The notes under the pieces: model-generated
Databases searched by the model: none
Told to the model about the DNA's origin: nothing
What the model saw: the letters and a program-made list of their open reading frames with translations, nothing else
Origin: Phoronis australis
Taxonomy: Eukaryota; Animalia; Phoronida
Length of the DNA stretch: 56,329 bases
Assembly (NCBI GenBank): GCA_002633005.1
Contig: NMRA01000316.1
Location: forward strand, 336,194-392,522
Direction: 5' to 3'
Translations under genes and position numbers: made by a program
In this document: one piece after another, positions 13,905-26,165 of the stretch
How the letters are laid out: each line of letters opens with the position of its first letter
Numbering within the stretch: position 1 is the first letter of the stretch

Positions 13905-14210
13905 AGTTTCCGTTGCTCCCGGCCAACTTGTTCGATCGAACAAGATATTGGCTACAGGGGTGATCTTCCAAACTTGTTGTTGAATCGATTCAACAACAAG
14001 TTGGGAAGATCACCCCTGTAGCCAATATCTTACACGAATGTTTAACTCCATTATGGTTGGAGGGACCGGCTCTAGCTCTTTTGTTCGATAATTGCTCTAA
14101 TCTCCGACTCGGATCGTATCTAGCCTGACTGGGCTGTGCTGCTAAAAATGAAAGTTAAGTTATATCATATTTGAACGTACGGGCATTTCAGAATTCGTCC
14201 TTGTCATGAT
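13905..14210 (-). repeat. dispersed repeat family B, copy 2 (inverted), containing a 90-bp palindrome
   Basis: Its reverse complement matches about 6170-6440. Confidence 0.75.
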
Positions 14211-15099
14211 GGGCGGCGCAGCACTGAAAAAGGTGGGGTAAAGCCCCTCAGCCCTTACTGAGCTGTGGCACGCCGCCTGTACACCATGCACGTGCGGCGT
14301 CAGTAGCACTGAAAAAGAAGTTCCATTCTGCCAGGTTTCAGTAAAACCCTCCCTGAAGCCGGTGCCCCGATTACTAGACAGTTTTCTGCAAGATTGATAA
14401 TCACAATATTCGAACATCAGCCCACATACTAACGTCAATGCCCTCACACAGGTATTCTTTATAGTCGGTGCTATCTTTTTCCACACGTTCGACATCAAAA
14501 GTATAGTTGTACGATTTAGCACGGTCAGATAAAGGTTCGCTCAGATATGCAAATTGTGGGGTCTAAGGAACCATGAGTTGCCATTTTTTTCAAGGACTTG
14601 CCAGATATTAGTCTTAAAGAATTGTGTCTGTATAAGTTACCAATTTTGAAATTCTCAATACGAAAATCATGCAGTCGTCCATGAGTCGATGGCCGACACG
14701 AATTTTGTGTCTCAAGAACCACTTTGCGTTACTTTCTTAATTCTTTCCCTTCTGGGAGACAAGGACTGACAGAGCTGGGCAGTCAACAATTAAGGGAGCT
14801 AGATGTTATCAGTCGCAGGTTCAGAACCCGTCACGTCTGGAAAAGTTGCTGAGGGCGACAGAAAGCCGTACGTCATGGACCCCCTAAGACAGCACTGGCG
14901 AGTTCCTGAGTTTTGGGCTGGACTACTCACTCCCGTGCCGCCCGGGGGAGAAACTGTCATTCACTGAGCAGTTGGGGCGGGCGTTCTTTTATTCATTATG
15001 TAGCTGTAGGCCTAAGCAATAGCCACTGAGTTACTCAGGGGTAGTCCCGTTCACTGAGCCCAGTGAGACTTGAGCGGGTGTGAGCGTTTAAACATGTAG

Positions 15100-15358
15100 C
15101 TTAACTGCCGCGCAGTCTTTTGTTTGGTATTACAACTTGCAGGCCAATTATCTGGCAGAGGCTATTACTCGGACCACCCGTGGACACAATGAGCCGGTCA
15201 ACTCAGTGTGTACCCCAGCTGAGGGCGTTGGGATCAGTCCGGCCGGACAGAGTTGTCTTTAACGAGTTCATTTGATTCAAAACATGATCAGCATTTGACG
15301 AGAAATTCAGAAATATTTTATAACTTAACTTTTACAGCAAAGCCCAGTCAGGCTCGAT
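15100..15358 (+). repeat. dispersed repeat family B, copy 3
   Basis: ttaactg..cagtcttttgt..gcaggccaattatct and aacatgatcagcatttga.gag.aattcagaaat..taacttaacttt..gcccagtcaggct match 5970-6270. Confidence 0.7.
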
Positions 15359-15365
15359 CAGTACG

Positions 15366-15450
15366 CATGGGCGCACCCGGCCGGGGGAGGGGTTTGGCTC
15401 GAACGAGCCCTCCAATTTGGCGACTAAAAATGTCCGCCTCGGTCGTGAAA
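15366..15450 (+). mobile_element. 5' fragment of a hAT-like MITE, family C
   Basis: The start catgggcgcacccgg is complementary to the family C 3' end ctgggtgcgcgcat (32263). gaacgagccc..tttgg..aaaa.gtccgcc is shared with 32050 and 51082. Confidence 0.5.
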
Positions 15451-15976
15451 CACTAAGTCCGCCGGAGTAAACGATGCACCCCGGCCCCTGCCCCCCCCGC
15501 CCCCGCCGCCCCCTATGCTTTTAGTAGCCGGGTAAGAGGCTAAGTTTGACTCATTACTAAGGCCTACCCATGTGGATTCCAGTGCACGTAATAGAGGCAA
15601 TAGAGGCAATTTCTATCAACCAATGACGGACGCGACCAATATGAATCAAAACGAAAATAGTAAAATCAATGTCGGAACAGACAAACGGTTTTCAGTTCAA
15701 AAAATTCCGGACCAGCCATTTCCGAGATGCTAACCAAATTTATTCATTTTTCCAGGATTATGAAATACACATGCATGTTAATGACTGAGCTCACTAATTA
15801 AATTAGACCTACTACTTCACCCAGGCTCAGGCTGACGGCGAGAACGTCGCACTTAAGGCCAGCAATTAAGCACTATGCGGCCCCAGCGCTGCAGTTATAG
15901 AAAATGTAAGATTTCGTGAGAGAATTTCTTCAGTACTACTTGGTGTTTTCCATTTGTTTTGCACACTTAATTATAA

Positions 15977-15981
<5 letters not shown>

Positions 15982-16011
<30 letters not shown>

Positions 16012-16071
16012 TGTATGTATGTATGTATGTACATATGTACGTATGTACGTACGTACGTACGTACGTACGTA
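15982..16071. repeat. compound tetranucleotide microsatellite (TATG)n-(TACG)n
   Basis: Directly visible: about 12 TATG units grading into about 6 TACG units. Confidence 0.95.
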
Positions 16072-16724
16072 TATAAATAATATCTTTGGTTTTAAGAGGA
16101 TCTCTCGGGTACGACACTTGGCTACATACTAATCGGCATGATTTTTCCCCCATCACAGTTCGAGACGGTTTCGCCACCTGGTGAGTGCACCCACACCGAT
16201 AGATGGCATTAGAAGCCAACGTCCTTGACCCATAGGCCTAGGGAAAATTTCCGGATGTGTCTCATCGTTTCTCATTAACAAAGCTGTGGGTTTGGAGGGT
16301 TTTCTATTACTACGAAAACTTTTAAAACTCCATTTTGGCAAAGCTTGGACTCCAGCTCTTGATGCCTTGTTTGAAAAGCATTGTTTACATAGAAACACAT
16401 GTTAAGTGATTTCTGGTGAGACGTTCGGGGGTGTAAAATAAATGAAGGCCAAAAAACGAAAGTCGAAGCCATACTCCATGACCATAGCCGGCTGTGCGAA
16501 CACTATTGAATATGTTTTCAAAGGTAAGACACTGTGAAAGATCCGATAGCAAGGCTGTTTATGTGAACTGGTGATACAAATTAACTGGCATACGTCACAG
16601 CCGCCTTTCCACTTTGGTACTTGCAACTTAACCAGCCACTCCATTCTCCGCAGCTTGTGAAACAGTGAATATTGTAGATGTGTTTCTGTTGAATCATATG
16701 GGCCTCATTTAGCCACTCTACAAC

Positions 16725-16890
16725 AGACAATTGCTGAAGGGTTAGCACGCTCACCGGCTTTGTCTTGATTGTTGGTTCGATTCCCGGTTCAGGTAATCTC
16801 GGCTCTACAGTTTTGTCTAAGGCTGTCTGGCACCGAATTAACAGATTACTGCGGCATTGCTAGGGACACCAGTTCCATAAACTAAATAAC
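16725..16890 (+). mobile_element. tRNA-derived SINE-like remnant
   Basis: Pol III B-box GGTTCGATTCC at 16774-16784, a degenerate A-box (tgctgaagggttagc) upstream, and an A-rich end (cataaactaaataa). Confidence 0.45.
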
Positions 16891-18274
16891 TGGACTGTTT
16901 GTCAAAGATTGCCTGGTTCTATTATTAGAATAGTGCTCATTTCTGTTGTAGGTGATGTTTGGAAGTGTTGGAATGATGGGGAGTGTCAAGTAAACAGGCC
17001 TCTCTTAAAAATAATTGCTGTGAACCAGGTTTCTCTGAATTACAGCCACTGGTCACTGTTATCTATCGAAAACTGGTTCCCTGAAGCCATTTTGAACTGA
17101 GCCTTGACTTTTATTTGTAGAGTGAACTATTTTTTCCATGGGAGCTTATTTCGATCTTTACAAGTCTATCACCATTGTAAAAAGGGAGTAGCGCATCCGC
17201 TGTTACACATGCGCACCATTTGAACAAGTGCTCAAACCAAATTCTGTTTATTCCATCCTCAAACTATGGCACAGATTCAAATTAAATTCATTTACACAGT
17301 AAAGCAAACTGCGTAGTCTGATTTGGGGTGGCCCGTAGATGTTCTAGACAAGTGTAGAGCTCAGTGGGCAAACATGAGCCTTGCGCTGCTCAAAACTATT
17401 TAACCTGACCATTGACAATAGACAGAGACATATCACATCATTTGAACCTGAAGTGAAAAAGTGAACAGATACGTTTATCGGTAAATGTGTTTGTACAAAA
17501 TATTGTAGCAATGTGACTTACCTGCCAGTAAAATAGAATAGTGCGTGGGGTTGGTTGCAAACGATATGTACAATAGCCTAATCAAGGTTCAGGAAAAATT
17601 ATAAATGTGTGCAAAATATGCCTGTTGTTTGCTTAGATGAATCCACCGACTTATATCTTTCATTTCAGGAAAAAGAAATTTCAAGTCTGACGTGTTACGT
17701 CTAGAGTAGGGAAAAAAGAGCGTGTGAGCAGGTTGGTAATTATTGTTCACGGCAAGATAAACTTTAAAAATTTTGATAAAATCATCAAACAACTCATTTC
17801 TCCTTGTTACATCTCCAGTCCAGAAACATCAAATTTTAATACCGTGTTCAGGTATGGAATTTCAGCTGTCATGCCAGTAATTCGCAGCTGCTATTAACTG
17901 TGTTCTGATGTTTGAAAACCAACTTTCTTCAGGGGCGAATTTTGCTCTTCCAAAGCGTCGTCATCACATTCCTATACTTTGTTTGGGTTCAAATTAGTTG
18001 TACTGGAAATTCCCCGACAGCTACGAAAACTATACTACCTTGGAGAGTAAAACTACTTTGCCATGACAAGTAACGCAGTGTGCTTGTCTGTAGTAACAAA
18101 CTGCAGTAGAACACTTCATGCTATGTGTGTAGCATGAAGTGTTAATTGTTAAATAAGTTTCCTGTAGGTAATTTCTTTATTTTGCTTTTACCTCCTTAGC
18201 ACTCTTCTCTTTTCGTTAATTAAGATTAAATTAATAATCTATTGCTCTTAATTCGGCATGTTTGCTTTTTAGTC

Positions 18275-18416
18275 ATGGATTTCGATCAGAGCAATGCCAG
18301 GGCCATCCTGAATACCATTCTGAGAGTTCCAGCTTGGTTTATCCTCGAGGCAATGTTACGGGATGGTCACGTGCTATATGGCTATAGCTCCTTGTCTACT
18401 CTGGCTTGGTTTGGAG
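18275..18416 (+). CDS. TRC8/RNF139-RNF145-family E3 ubiquitin ligase, first coding exon
   Basis: Acceptor tttttag|tcATG. MDFDQSNARAILNTILRVPAWFILEAML resembles the conserved N-terminal L(N/E)VALRVP motif of RNF145/RNF139. The donor ggag|gtaaat (phase 1) splices in frame to 27884. Confidence 0.85.
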
Positions 18417-19169
18417 GTAAATACATGTATGCGAATGCGGCACCATTTTACACAGATTTGCTCAAAGAAATTGCATGTAGTAAGAGATTTTAACTCTGTG
18501 TATTGATTGCAAAACAATGGTATCAATACCATTGTTAAATTTTGTGGTCTAGGTGAGATCTCAAAAACAAAGTTACGCTTTTCTAAAAGGTCATTTCATT
18601 TTCGTTCTATGCAACTTAATATTTATTATAAAGTTATTAGATGGTCAGGAGCATTTAAAAACAATTATTCTTGACAGTGTTTTGGAGAAGTATGTATAAA
18701 CATAGCGTCTGAAAGTTTCACATGAATCCAGGCAGCCATTTTTGCGATGTGATGTTCTGAAGTTCACCAAATTTTAACATTTTTCTGGGACTCTCCTTCA
18801 TAATCTTAAGTTAACTGTGGATGTTGTTTACCAGATTGTACGTTTGTGCAAATATCTTAAATTATGTTAGCTCTAACCCCTACAAAGTATATACTTGTCT
18901 TTATGTTTTGGACTTTGAACAGATATTTTGAAAACATTTTTCCTCCAATCATATTGGTCTTATGGTTATTTTTATTGAAATGTATAAATAAGGGCATAGG
19001 CCCAAAGTATAATATATACAAGACAGTACATTGTCAGGTGCAACACAAACTGGATAATAATTTTGTGACGCTTGAGAGCATGATGGACGAATTTTAGGAG
19101 TACTGTACAGGAGGATACCTGAAGCTCTCATGAGAGATTTAGATGCTGTGGGAGAATGACAAAAATGAT

Positions 19170-20180
19170 GGCTGAATTACTTAACCCGAAGGTCTTGATA
19201 CCCACTGCAAACTGACACAATGTGGTATTCGTCCTCTACACATCCCGAATTACATAACTTACACAATCTATTTTAATTGGGAATACATATATTTGTGTGG
19301 TGACCTCTTTTCACTAGTAACGAATGATTTTAGCACTGCAATCGATTCAGAGACTGGATAAAAACATGTGGGATACTAACTATTTCTAAATAATTCTCTA
19401 GACAATATATGGTTATTAAATTCACATAATAAGGCAGTTTTATGATACATTCGATATCAGATTGGCAGCCTTACAAATAACAGTCACTGGGCACGCTGGG
19501 AAAAAACTCAAGAAATACGCTTGGTTCACCACACCCTGATAAATCCATACATCTGAAAATCATATACAGACAGATGTTTCCTTACATAACTTGCCCAATT
19601 GTAAGAAGATATTCCTATCAGGTCTGACTGAAAAAAAACACATGCTGTGTTTACCCCATGATTACTAAGCCTCTCTTGTATTTTGAACCCATATTTTATA
19701 CAGGATACAAAATATTTAGTAAACAATGGGAATCGACCACATTCTCCCATAATTTTCGAGTTTGAACAAGTCCCTACTCCTAAAATGCATTTACAGAACT
19801 TGATACGTACATGTTCCAATGTTTCATATGCTTAAACGCCCCGTATCTTGGCACCATAACATAAAGAGGGGTAAACCATTTTATCAAACAGGTGAAAGGC
19901 TATTGTCGGGGGCAGATCACGACATCTTCGCTTTAATTTACAAATTTCAGAGACGGCTTTATTTGCTTGACTAGATAAGGCTTTAATGGCTTTGGTCCAC
20001 GAAACTTTTGGGGTAATAAGTTGTCCAAGGTATTTGTTATGAGACACCACATCGACCAAAGTTCCATTGTAAAACCATTTCTTATATTGCCTAAGAGGAC
20101 TGCCATTTCTGAAAACGATCACCTTGATTTTCTTCAAGTTTACTTGCATGCCCTATGATTCGCAGTTCTGCCAAACATTT
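19170..20180 (-). mobile_element. 5'-truncated, decayed non-LTR retrotransposon ORF2 (CR1/L2/RTE-X group)
   Basis: Minus-strand fragments VNLKKIKVIVFRNG...KYLG, FDKMVYPSLCYG and KFCKCILGV...MGECGRFPL, plus a C-terminal zinc knuckle RLCKLCNSGCVEDEYHIVSVCSGYQDLR at about 19190-19270, broken by stops and frameshifts. Confidence 0.85.
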
Positions 20181-20664
20181 TAGCATATGGGCTGACAACA
20201 CAACCCTGGTGAGTGCCAACAGTACAACCAAAGAACTCTTTAAGACCATCTTGAGTTTTCACCCACATAAGCAATTTACCATACATAGAGCGGGGTATGT
20301 TGAAAATATTAATAAATTATGAGAGAAAATTTATTCACCTTTCAAAAAATATATACTTTGTGTGAGTTAGAATTTAAGATATTTGCCCATAAGTGCAGCC
20401 TGGTAAACAAGGTTCACAGTAACTTTGGGATAAGATTCTTAGAGACCTGAGGTTCCATTCCCAGTTGGTGTTCCTGATTCTTGTTCGTTTATATGATTCA
20501 CTATTGATAATCCTCAGCATCTATATATATTTTACTATCTAATTTACACATACTGGTAAATTGCTGATGATATATAATTATCTAGTATTGCATGAAAAAA
20601 GGCAAAATACCACTCATGGGATGGCATTTTAACAGTTGGCTGCAAACAATAATTACGCAATACC

Positions 20665-20742
20665 GGGACCTTAGTAGCACTGTGGTAAGATCACTAAAGC
20701 GGCAATATAGAGACCTGTGGTTAAATTCCCAATTGGGGTTCC
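20665..20742 (+). pseudogene. tRNA-like or SINE-head remnant within a ~270-bp degenerate direct repeat (second copy near 20400-20560)
   Basis: A-box-like tagcactgtgg, B-box-like ggttaaattcc, ends gggacc..ggttcc. The downstream ~110 bp is similar to 20441-20560. Confidence 0.35.
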
Positions 20743-22022
20743 TACTATTTCTGTGTTAATATTTGTTTCACTGTCAGCCAACCTCGGTGTCTATATATGT
20801 TATTTTTTCATTATTTCACCCTAATGACAATCTCTGTAAGCTGAAGCTTGTAGTTTGCAGTTCAACTCGATACAATGATGCCAACATCTGAGTAGTTCTT
20901 GGCCAACAAACAGTAGCATGCCAGTTCTAGCACTTACGCAACAAGTTCATGATCAAAGTTTCGGTTTTGATTTAAACCCATCATCCGGAAATCACAAATA
21001 TGTCGTGTGTCTCCAGTGAGATAAACAACACACACATGAACAGATCACTGCAGGTGTTTTGTGGCACATGGCTATCTAGACAAGTCAAAGACAGATAACA
21101 TGCTGACCTCTGATGTATAGAGAGTCTAGAACATAGCTTTTCTGTGTTATGTAAGTACCTAAGGTTTTAACACAATCAGTCTGATGTCTGTTTTCAGCAT
21201 CCTGTTACCACTTTCAGCTGTAAGCAAACTGTGATACCAACCATGCCAACTTCAATCACCTGTTCCAGTGTTGGTTACACTTTAAAGTTGCATTTTGACC
21301 CATTTAGCTGGCTAAAAATGAAAATAATCTAGTTAGACCTCATAAATGTAGTTGGTCTCATGGTACATGTATGTATTGCCAAAATAGTATTTTATTTCCA
21401 TTACCTACTTAAGTCACAGGCAATACGCATATGTGTCATTTTTGAAATAACAATTTTAGGGTTGTCCAATTCCAGTAAGTTCTGAACTGTTTTCTTGAGT
21501 TGCAGTTGGTTTCGTTGTTCTTTGTTGGTAGCGGATATAGAATCTTATGGCTGTAAGAAATTTTATGAGGTTGCTTTGAAAATAAACTGAGAAGCAAAAC
21601 ACGCCATGTGAACGCTCTGTGCACGCTATGTGCACGCTGCGGTTGGCAGCAGGAACAGGAAAATTGGAGCAAAGTAGGAAAAAGCATTATTATACACAAT
21701 AGATTGACTCACAAATTGCAACCCGCAACTTTCAAAAGAAGCAGCAGGTATTGCCATATTTTCCGACAACATGCTCATTTGAGTGACTAAACCAAGCTCT
21801 ATGAACTTTTCGAGCATGGCCTAGTGCATCATTTACGATATTTAAGACATCTGCATGATTTTTCCATGCTGAAATTTTTGTACTGAAAATGTGATATCCA
21901 TTGCTGACCTGAGAATCTTAATTAATGGTGTTGAAACTCATGGCAACCACGGAGTTCCTTTATTAAGAGCATACCTGTTTGCAAATCTTTTTTATCTCTT
22001 AGAAATGGCTTAATAATGTTTT

Positions 22023-23282
22023 CATATTTATATGTGGACGCATTATGCCGTCATGTCCGTCCATCCGTCCGTCCGTGTGGCGTCCGTCCTTCCGGCGTCC
22101 GCTGCTCTATCTCCAAAACCCTTTGACATACGTTCATTAAATCTGACACATATGTTCCATTCATGAACGGGACGGCATGAGCGAACTTTCGGACGGATCC
22201 GACTATTGGTGTGCCCCCTAGTGGCAATTTTAGTTTTTTACGCTTACCTTACGGTATCTTCAAAAGTCCTTAACGGATTTTAATGAAATTTGGTATGTAG
22301 GCACCTACTAGAGAGATGACGCTATTCTCCCGTTTTCGAATGGATTCGACGTAGTTTGCGCCATCTAGTTGTCATTTTTACTGTTTTCGCTTCTGTTTTT
22401 TGCGTCCAGCCCTTTATCAACCAAACCGCTCCAAGGATGATTGTGAAAATTGACGTCTATATTCTTACTATGAAGCTGACGATGATTTTTCGATGACTTC
22501 GACTACTGTGGCGCCTCCTAGCGGTAGTTTTTTTTTCTTTTTGCGCCCATGGCTGTATCTCCTAAATCGTTTGCTGCATGTTTGCTAAATTTAGCAAGTG
22601 AATTTATATGATGTTGAAAACGGATGGCAACAACTTTCGGTCGGATCTGACTACCAATGTGCCCCCTAGTGGCAATTTTCAGAAAGTTTGAAATATAGGC
22701 ATTTATTGGTGAGGTGATGCTATCCTCCCGCTTTGGATGGAATCGAGGTACTTTGCACCACCTAGTGACTATTTTTCTAGTTTTCGAGTCTTGTTTTTTG
22801 GCGTCCGACCCTTGATCAACCAAACCATTCGAAGAATGATTTTGGAAATAGACGTATTTGTTCTCAGTGTGAAGATAATGGTTGACGATAACGAATTCTA
22901 CTATTGTGGCGCCTCCTAGTGTTTGTTTTGTTTTGTTTTGCGCCCATAGCTGCATCTTCTAAACTCACTGCACGATCTTTATTAAATTTAGTAATTGTAT
23001 CGCGACTTCTTTGAGGCGGATCCAATGAACGCTGTGTCCCTTAGTGGCAATTTCATTTTTTCTGTTTTCCTTTGTTTCTCTGAAGTTCGTTGACAGATTT
23101 TTATGAAATTTGGCAATTCTCTTTCTATTAAAGAGGCGATGGCATGTTCCCATTTCAGATGGATTGGACGTTTTTTTCGCCATATAGTGGCTATTTTTAT
23201 GAAACAAAAAAAAATTCCTAGAAGCACTCCGTTTGCGGTGCATTCGTGGGCGCATTTCAGCGCTCCGCGTTGCTCTTGTAGT
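22023..23282 (+). mobile_element. family A Helentron/HINE element
   Basis: Partial 5' head catatttatatgtggacgcat, (GTCC)n microsatellite, eight ~150-bp subunits, 3' subTIR gtgggcgcat, stem-loop cagcgc-tcc-gcgttg, and a T-run flank. Confidence 0.85.
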
Positions 23283-26165
23283 TTTTTTTTAGTGAGGGAG
23301 CAATTTTTTAGAAAGAGGACGTGTTCCCACTGTCATCCAATCATGTTCTGACAAAATGGTCACATGGCAAACCATTGTAAGGCTGTTGGAGACATTTCAA
23401 GCTCTCATTGTGGCATGTGACTGACTGTTGCTATGTGGTAAAGAGTAACATAACCCTTGGCACTTCAGCTGTCTTGTCAATGTATTGCTGCAACAGACAC
23501 GAATTAATTTGGAAGCATTAAACTTGAAGATAGACAAGAATGAGACCAGCCCTGAGAAGGTACTCGATCTACTTTGTGGCTTCGAGGTCTATAATACATT
23601 GTTGTTTTGACATCAGCTAGTGTTTAACTGAGTTGCTCTTTACCAGGCAACATGTCAGTGTCATATAAAGATACATATAAAAGGTTCTTTGACGAACATA
23701 AAGATGGCGAAAACTTCATTATGAAGTGTCATGTAAGTGATTTGATGCTTATCAGAATTCCATTGACAGGAAAAAAATCCTTCAAATGTCCATCTGCGTC
23801 CTATTATTTCTCTATAAGAAAATGATTTTGGGGTCAGATTTCCTTTGGCAGGAAAACCCTTCAGTGTTTATTTGTGTCATATTGTTTCTCTAGAAGGGAA
23901 CGATTTTGGGGTTTGCACTTCATGAACAAAGAACGTGATGGTGTTTTAATTACTAATCATCAAAGCTGGTCATAGATGGACTCAAACCATAAATAACTGA
24001 AAGTGCTTGACGTTGATTGCCATAACCGTTATATATTTGAAACACCATTGCCACGGTAACGATATGCTATATCGAACTGAACATTTATAGGCTGCAAGAA
24101 TTCGTGCATACGCGTGACTTATAGGACATACATGTAGTATAATGCATTGTAATACCTTGAAACGGCTAGTGTAATGCATTACTTGGCAAATCATGTTGTA
24201 ATCTCCTTATGGTAAAATGTCATCAATTTTGGAGGTGAATAATTGCCAAAAATGCCTTTTTGTTATTAAATGGCTTCTACAATGTTTGTGAATGCCCACA
24301 AATTTTCAAAGCCTTGTCCGATGGTAATTGTAGTACAAAACTTGAAAAGACATGGTAATGCACTAAATTAAGTGCTGCAGCATATGTTGCATGGAAAAAA
24401 CGATAAATTAAAATTTCCTCTTGAGGGCCATATTGTGCCACATTGTGCCCTCTATTGGCAAACGTTATCCTACGCTTGCTACATGCACTATGCCAGTGTG
24501 CAACTTTTCGCAAACAGAAAAAACAAGACCTCTCCCCATTGAGTGAAGGTCTCGAAATGAGTCGGAGTGCAAACCTGAAACAGGTACGCGTTTTGACGTA
24601 ATCAGATTGAAACATTGTCATAGAATAAGTAGAATTCAAGTGACAAAACTTTTTACTGTCAGATTCATATCTCCATAAGTATCAGGTACATGCAGTTTGC
24701 TATGAGACCACCTATTGGAGCAAGAATCTTGATTGTCAAATATTTTGTTGTTTCCTTTCTCGATTCTTTGACCTAGTAGGGACATCTGAGAATAAAGATT
24801 CTTTTACTGGATTGATTCAACCAACCACATTAAGTGTTACTCGGTTATAAAAAAGTAGAGTTAACAGTAAGCATTAAACACGCCAACTGCCTCTTTGAGT
24901 ACAGTATGTTTTTACGTGTTGTAACGTCTTCGCTGTATAGTCCTTTAGATACTATTGCCCGCACGATTAGCTTGACAAAATTGAATGATACAGATTGTTG
25001 CTCTCAGTTACGTGTAGCTCATAATTACTGCACAATATTCATGAAAACGCAAACAGGTCTTGATAATCCAGACACCCTAAGCCCTGTTGAGCTCTTTTTA
25101 TGCGCCCACATATTTATATGTGGTCGCATATTGCCGTCACCTTTATCTGTCCGGCGTCCGCAGCTGTATCTCTTAAACCCATCACAGGAACTTGATGAGA
25201 TTTGGCAGTTGTGTTCCTATGAAGCTCAAAATGGATGACTACGGATTTCGGACCTCTCCGACTACCGGTGTGCCCCCTAGTGGCAATTTTAGTTTTACGC
25301 TTACATTTGTATCTTCGGAAGTCCTCAACGTATTCTCATAAAATTTGGAATATAGGCATGTATTAGTGAGGTGAAACTATCTTCTCGTTTTCAGATGGAT
25401 TCAATGTAGTTTGCGCCACCTAGTGGCCATTTTTACTTTTTTCTAGTCTGTTTTTTGGCGTCCACCACTCTATCAACCAAACCGCGCTAAGGATGATTGT
25501 GAAAATTGGCATGTATGTTCTTACCGTCAAGAGGATGGCTGACGATGATTTTCCGATGACTTCGACTACTGTGGCGCCTCCTAGGGCAGTTTTTTTTGCG
25601 TCCATGGCTGTACCTCCTAAACTGTTTGCAGGATCTTTACTAAACTTACCAAGTGCATTTATATGATGTTCACAACGGACAGTGACGACTTTCGCACGGA
25701 GCGAACTACCGGTGCTCCCCCTAGCAGCAATTTTAGTTTTTTACATTTACCTGTGTACCAAACTGGTCTATGGATGATTGTGAAAATTGGCATGTATGTT
25801 CTTACCATCAAGAGGATGGCTGACGATGATTTTCCGAAAACCTCGACTACTGTGATGCCTCCTAGTGGCAGTTTTGCTTTTTTGCGCCCATGGCTATATC
25901 TCTTATACTGTTTGCAGGAGTTTTACTAAACTTTGCAAGAATATTTCTACAGTATGATGTTGGCAACGGACGATGACGATTTTGCACGGATCGAACTTCT
26001 CCTGCGCATCCTAGTGGCAATTTTAGTTTTTTATGTTTACCTCTGCATATTCCAGGGTCCTCAACGGCGTTTCATAAAATTTGGAATATAGGCATGCATT
26101 GTTGTGGTTACGCTATCCTCCCATTTTCGAATGGATTCGAGATATTTTGCGCCTCCTGGTTGCCA

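Noticed and set aside
16725-16800. Functional tRNA genes at 16725, 20665 and 53826
   Set aside because: B-box-like words are present but no intact cloverleaf could be folded, so they were treated as SINE or tRNA-derived remnants.
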